DNA from: Candidatus Stercoripulliclostridium merdipullorum
GTDB taxonomy: Bacteria > Bacillota > Clostridia > Christensenellales > DTU072
NCBI GenBank assembly: GCA_018713745.1
Contig: DVOH01000057.1
Coordinates: forward strand, 6,544-70,543
Direction of reading: 5' to 3'
Length of the DNA: 64,000 nt
Shown here: piece after piece, positions 62,801 through 64,000 of the stretch
Layout: every line of letters begins with the position of its first letter
How positions within the stretch are numbered: the first letter of the stretch is position 1
Made by a program: the position numbers and the translations under genes
Notes under the pieces: model-generated
What the model was told of the DNA's origin: nothing
Databases searched by the model: none
Seen by the model: the letters and a program-made list of their open reading frames with translations, nothing else

Positions 62801-64000
62801 GATCAGAATTTCGATCGCAGCGCTCCCACGCTTTCGATCGACAACTACAGAGATCAGCTTCCCGTTGTTGCAATTAACAGCGGAGTGTTCCGCGGTATCG
62901 AGGCCCGCATCGTCAGCTTGCCCAATACGCTGCAATCCGTCGGACCCAATGCGTTTGCCGATTGCGTGAATCTGACGACGGTCAATCTCCCGTCCACGCT
63001 CCGGACAATCGGGACTTCGGCGTTCCACAACTGCGTTTCGCTTGCCAACGTGACGTCGGGACCGGTGCTTGCTCTGACCGAGATCGGTACCTCGGCGTTT
63101 GCCAATACGCCCGCACTGCAAGGGATTACGCTTGCCGCTCCGCTTACGACGATCGGCGCCAATGCCTTTGCCGGAAGCGGACTGGTCAATATCGTCATCC
63201 CCGAGTCGGTCGTCAGAATCGAAACCGGTGCCTTCCGCTCCACTGCGGGACTCAAGCGCGTTTACTTCGAAAACGAAATTGCGATTTCCCTTCCCAAAGG
63301 CGTCTTCGATCTGACCAACACGACTTTCAAAATATATGTTAATAATATAAATAACTATACGATCAATATTCCCGAAACTTCAGGCTGGTACGAACTCCAA
63401 GGACGGATTTTGTCGGAGTCCGGAATTTCGACCAACGGATACTGGTCGTTTGCGATCATCGACGGACCGACTCCCTCGGTGCGCCTTCTCCAGTATCTCA
63501 ACAGCGCAACTTACGTTGAGATTCCCGAGACGCTCCAAGTGCCGGGCTATGACAATCCTTTGCCGGTCAAAGAAGCTGCGGGCAGCCTCTTTAACGCTTC
63601 GCTTGTCCGTCTGACGATCCATTCGACGCTGTCGGTCGACGAATTCGTGCTCGCTTCGGCAGTAGGTCTTAAGCAACTCGAATTGATTATCCCGGCAAGC
63701 GGCGAATTTATCCTCAATCGCGCGTATTTGCTCGATCTCTTCCGCTCGGTCGATTCCCTCGAAACACTGATTGTAAGCGCGCGGATGCCGTTGCAGGATA
63801 TTCTGGGCGCTTTACCGCCGTCCAACCTTAAACATGTCGAGATTCGCAGCGACAACGATATTACCGAGCTTCCCGCCCGTATGTTCGAGAACTGCGCTTC
63901 CATCGTTTCGGTCAGCGTTCCGCGTTCGATCGCTGTCATCGGCGATAAAGCGTTTTACAACTGTTCGCAACTCGAAACCGTATCGTTCCGCGACGGATTG
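59870..64000 (+). CDS. Giant cell-surface lipoprotein: Ig-like domain + Listeria-Bacteroides (InlB B-type) repeats + BspA-type leucine-rich repeats; 3-prime end beyond the window
   Basis: Own translation gives an open frame of 1377 codons to the window edge, absent from the track because it has no stop. Starts MAKKLRYALLTILIALIAAFTLFGC (lipobox). Has repeated ..TVTFD.NGG.....P..P.R.GY.F.GW....W.F......D..L.A.W modules, then LP..L..IG..AF..C..L LRRs. Confidence 0.85.
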   Translation, partial: MAKKLRYALLTILIALIAAFTLFGCASVNIVSIDLTDSPFKTTYVVGESFDYDGMEVLVKKTDGSTETFAVAERIDEIKLINFSTARAGDLTVILQYRRKEVSFAVKVITPEQNVVRHTVTFDAQGGSDVPSALAEHLGNVARPDDPQKDGYAFDGWYREKQCLNAWNFETGKVTSDLTLYAKWTILRKVTFYVDGTEYAVRWVKDGSNVTDVPVVPLKEGMDGTWDHNLVGIRADISVKAQYSVRMFSVAFYGTTTDSDGNPQDSLLLEYTEIPFGTVLSETDPYKQAIAEITANIKSPDNKHFVGWNFDLSEPLRANTTVYAQYAWDRKTATFDANGGTFGFESVTVDYNSPIFDVNNLPADPVRKGYAFEGWFDASGAKWDFASQKLTQDIALTAKWTKVYSIAFFYEDGTEFGVYQAKEGSNFNANVPATPYTEQKPEEGYLGAWQLKGDPLADLKIVLSDIRGNLEIVATYQKREFTVRFYNAGEIVPVNGMPEQKVKYLEAATLPETDPEREGHRFVGWGDVDLDCITANTDVYAEFKVNIYEVTFRYGVEGMEDEVRSVEYDTPILAIPSPTRPGYDFDGWVNESGNFWQPADVVKADTVLVARWTQRFTLTFLDESGELVATREVRFGEKLTDIPLVPDKVGYDGDWWYQNNDFDFSKEEIRRDYEFNATYVKQQFTVTFRSEGVVFAEIKNVEWGTQGIAAPAEDPIKEGHLFVGWTPDPATTVIEGDTTFDAVFEAEQYTVTFKDWDGTVLKVVENVRYGANVTPPDSPIRTGYVFTGWDTSLENIRTDTTITAEYRIETYTLTFRDDADFQKEYRGREYGSEFAYPEADALPQKQGYTLRGWKLGEVTIGIYDTITVESNMVIYAVFEINRYTVTFDGNGAAYETVEVTVDYGTTVQPPADNPVITGMAFLGWYYGIGEDARRFDFSTPIVEDVALWANWTPQEVGSQGIVYALNAEKTGWTVSGVDQNFDRSAPTLSIDNYRDQLPVVAINSGVFRGIEARIVSLPNTLQSVGPNAFADCVNLTTVNLPSTLRTIGTSAFHNCVSLANVTSGPVLALTEIGTSAFANTPALQGITLAAPLTTIGANAFAGSGLVNIVIPESVVRIETGAFRSTAGLKRVYFENEIAISLPKGVFDLTNTTFKIYVNNINNYTINIPETSGWYELQGRILSESGISTNGYWSFAIIDGPTPSVRLLQYLNSATYVEIPETLQVPGYDNPLPVKEAAGSLFNASLVRLTIHSTLSVDEFVLASAVGLKQLELIIPASGEFILNRAYLLDLFRSVDSLETLIVSARMPLQDILGALPPSNLKHVEIRSDNDITELPARMFENCASIVSVSVPRSIAVIGDKAFYNCSQLETVSFRDGL
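60221..62728 (+). repeat. About twelve divergent tandem protein-level repeats (65-80 aa each) inside the giant lipoprotein
   Basis: Modules counted by eye from HTVTFDAQGG... to ...LWANWTP. Each starts with a (Y/F)TVTF-like strand and ends in an aromatic-x-(W/Y/F) motif. The DNA copies are diverged, not identical. Confidence 0.7.

Noticed and set aside
59933-63121. Minus-strand ORFs 59933..61429 (498 aa) and 61799..63121 (440 aa)
   Set aside because: Both lie antisense to a continuous plus-strand frame that has a lipoprotein signal and recognisable repeat families. The antisense translations show no domain features.
1-64000. CRISPR arrays, transposases, integrases, and prophage or island boundaries at the three tRNA genes
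   Set aside because: I found no regularly spaced direct repeats, no recognisable mobile-element genes, and no duplicated tRNA 3-prime segment flanking the tRNAs. The genes around the tRNAs are ordinary chromosomal genes.

Overview
Chromosomal segment that looks like a moderately GC-rich, endospore-forming Firmicute of the Clostridia type. Markers are spoVG, gpr, a sipW/tasA-like operon, the ecfA-ecfA-ecfT-truA-rplM-rpsI string and a multimeric NADH-type [FeFe] hydrogenase. I support about 65 protein-coding genes, 3 tRNAs (Pro-GGG, Pro-CGG, Leu-CAA), several sigma-A-like promoters and intrinsic terminators. I found no rRNA, CRISPR array, transposase, integrase or prophage signature. Most genes are housekeeping: aroC, trxB, murC, rpmE, prmC, prfA, thrC, trpS, ung, nadE, rpsT, an EF-G paralogue, malic enzyme and trxA. 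The best candidate for an undescribed system is a compact five-gene module at 32464-35521 (DRTGG, GHKL ATPase, HydS-like [FeFe]-hydrogenase homologue, DRTGG, PHP phosphoesterase). It sits directly upstream of hydC-GHKL-hydD-hydB-hydA and has no recognisable output domain. Other items worth a second look:
- a coupled triad at 28207-30245: a DUF5685-like Cys protein, a J-like protein without HPD that ends in a cysteine string, and a membrane protein
- an ArsR regulator divergent from an unannotated Cys-rich 59-aa peptide
- two further unannotated small ORFs, a zinc ribbon and a charged 56-aa ORF
- three promoters placed so that transcription should start at the ATG (leaderless candidates)
- a DUF1385-PrmC fusion
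- a disrupted lipoprotein gene with an A6 frameshift and an in-frame TAG
- a TIR-like N-terminus cut by the left edge
- a lipoprotein of more than 1377 aa (Ig-like domain, about 12 Listeria-Bacteroides repeats, BspA-type LRRs) cut by the right edge

All functional calls rest on motif and family recognition by eye from the translations. No database search was run.
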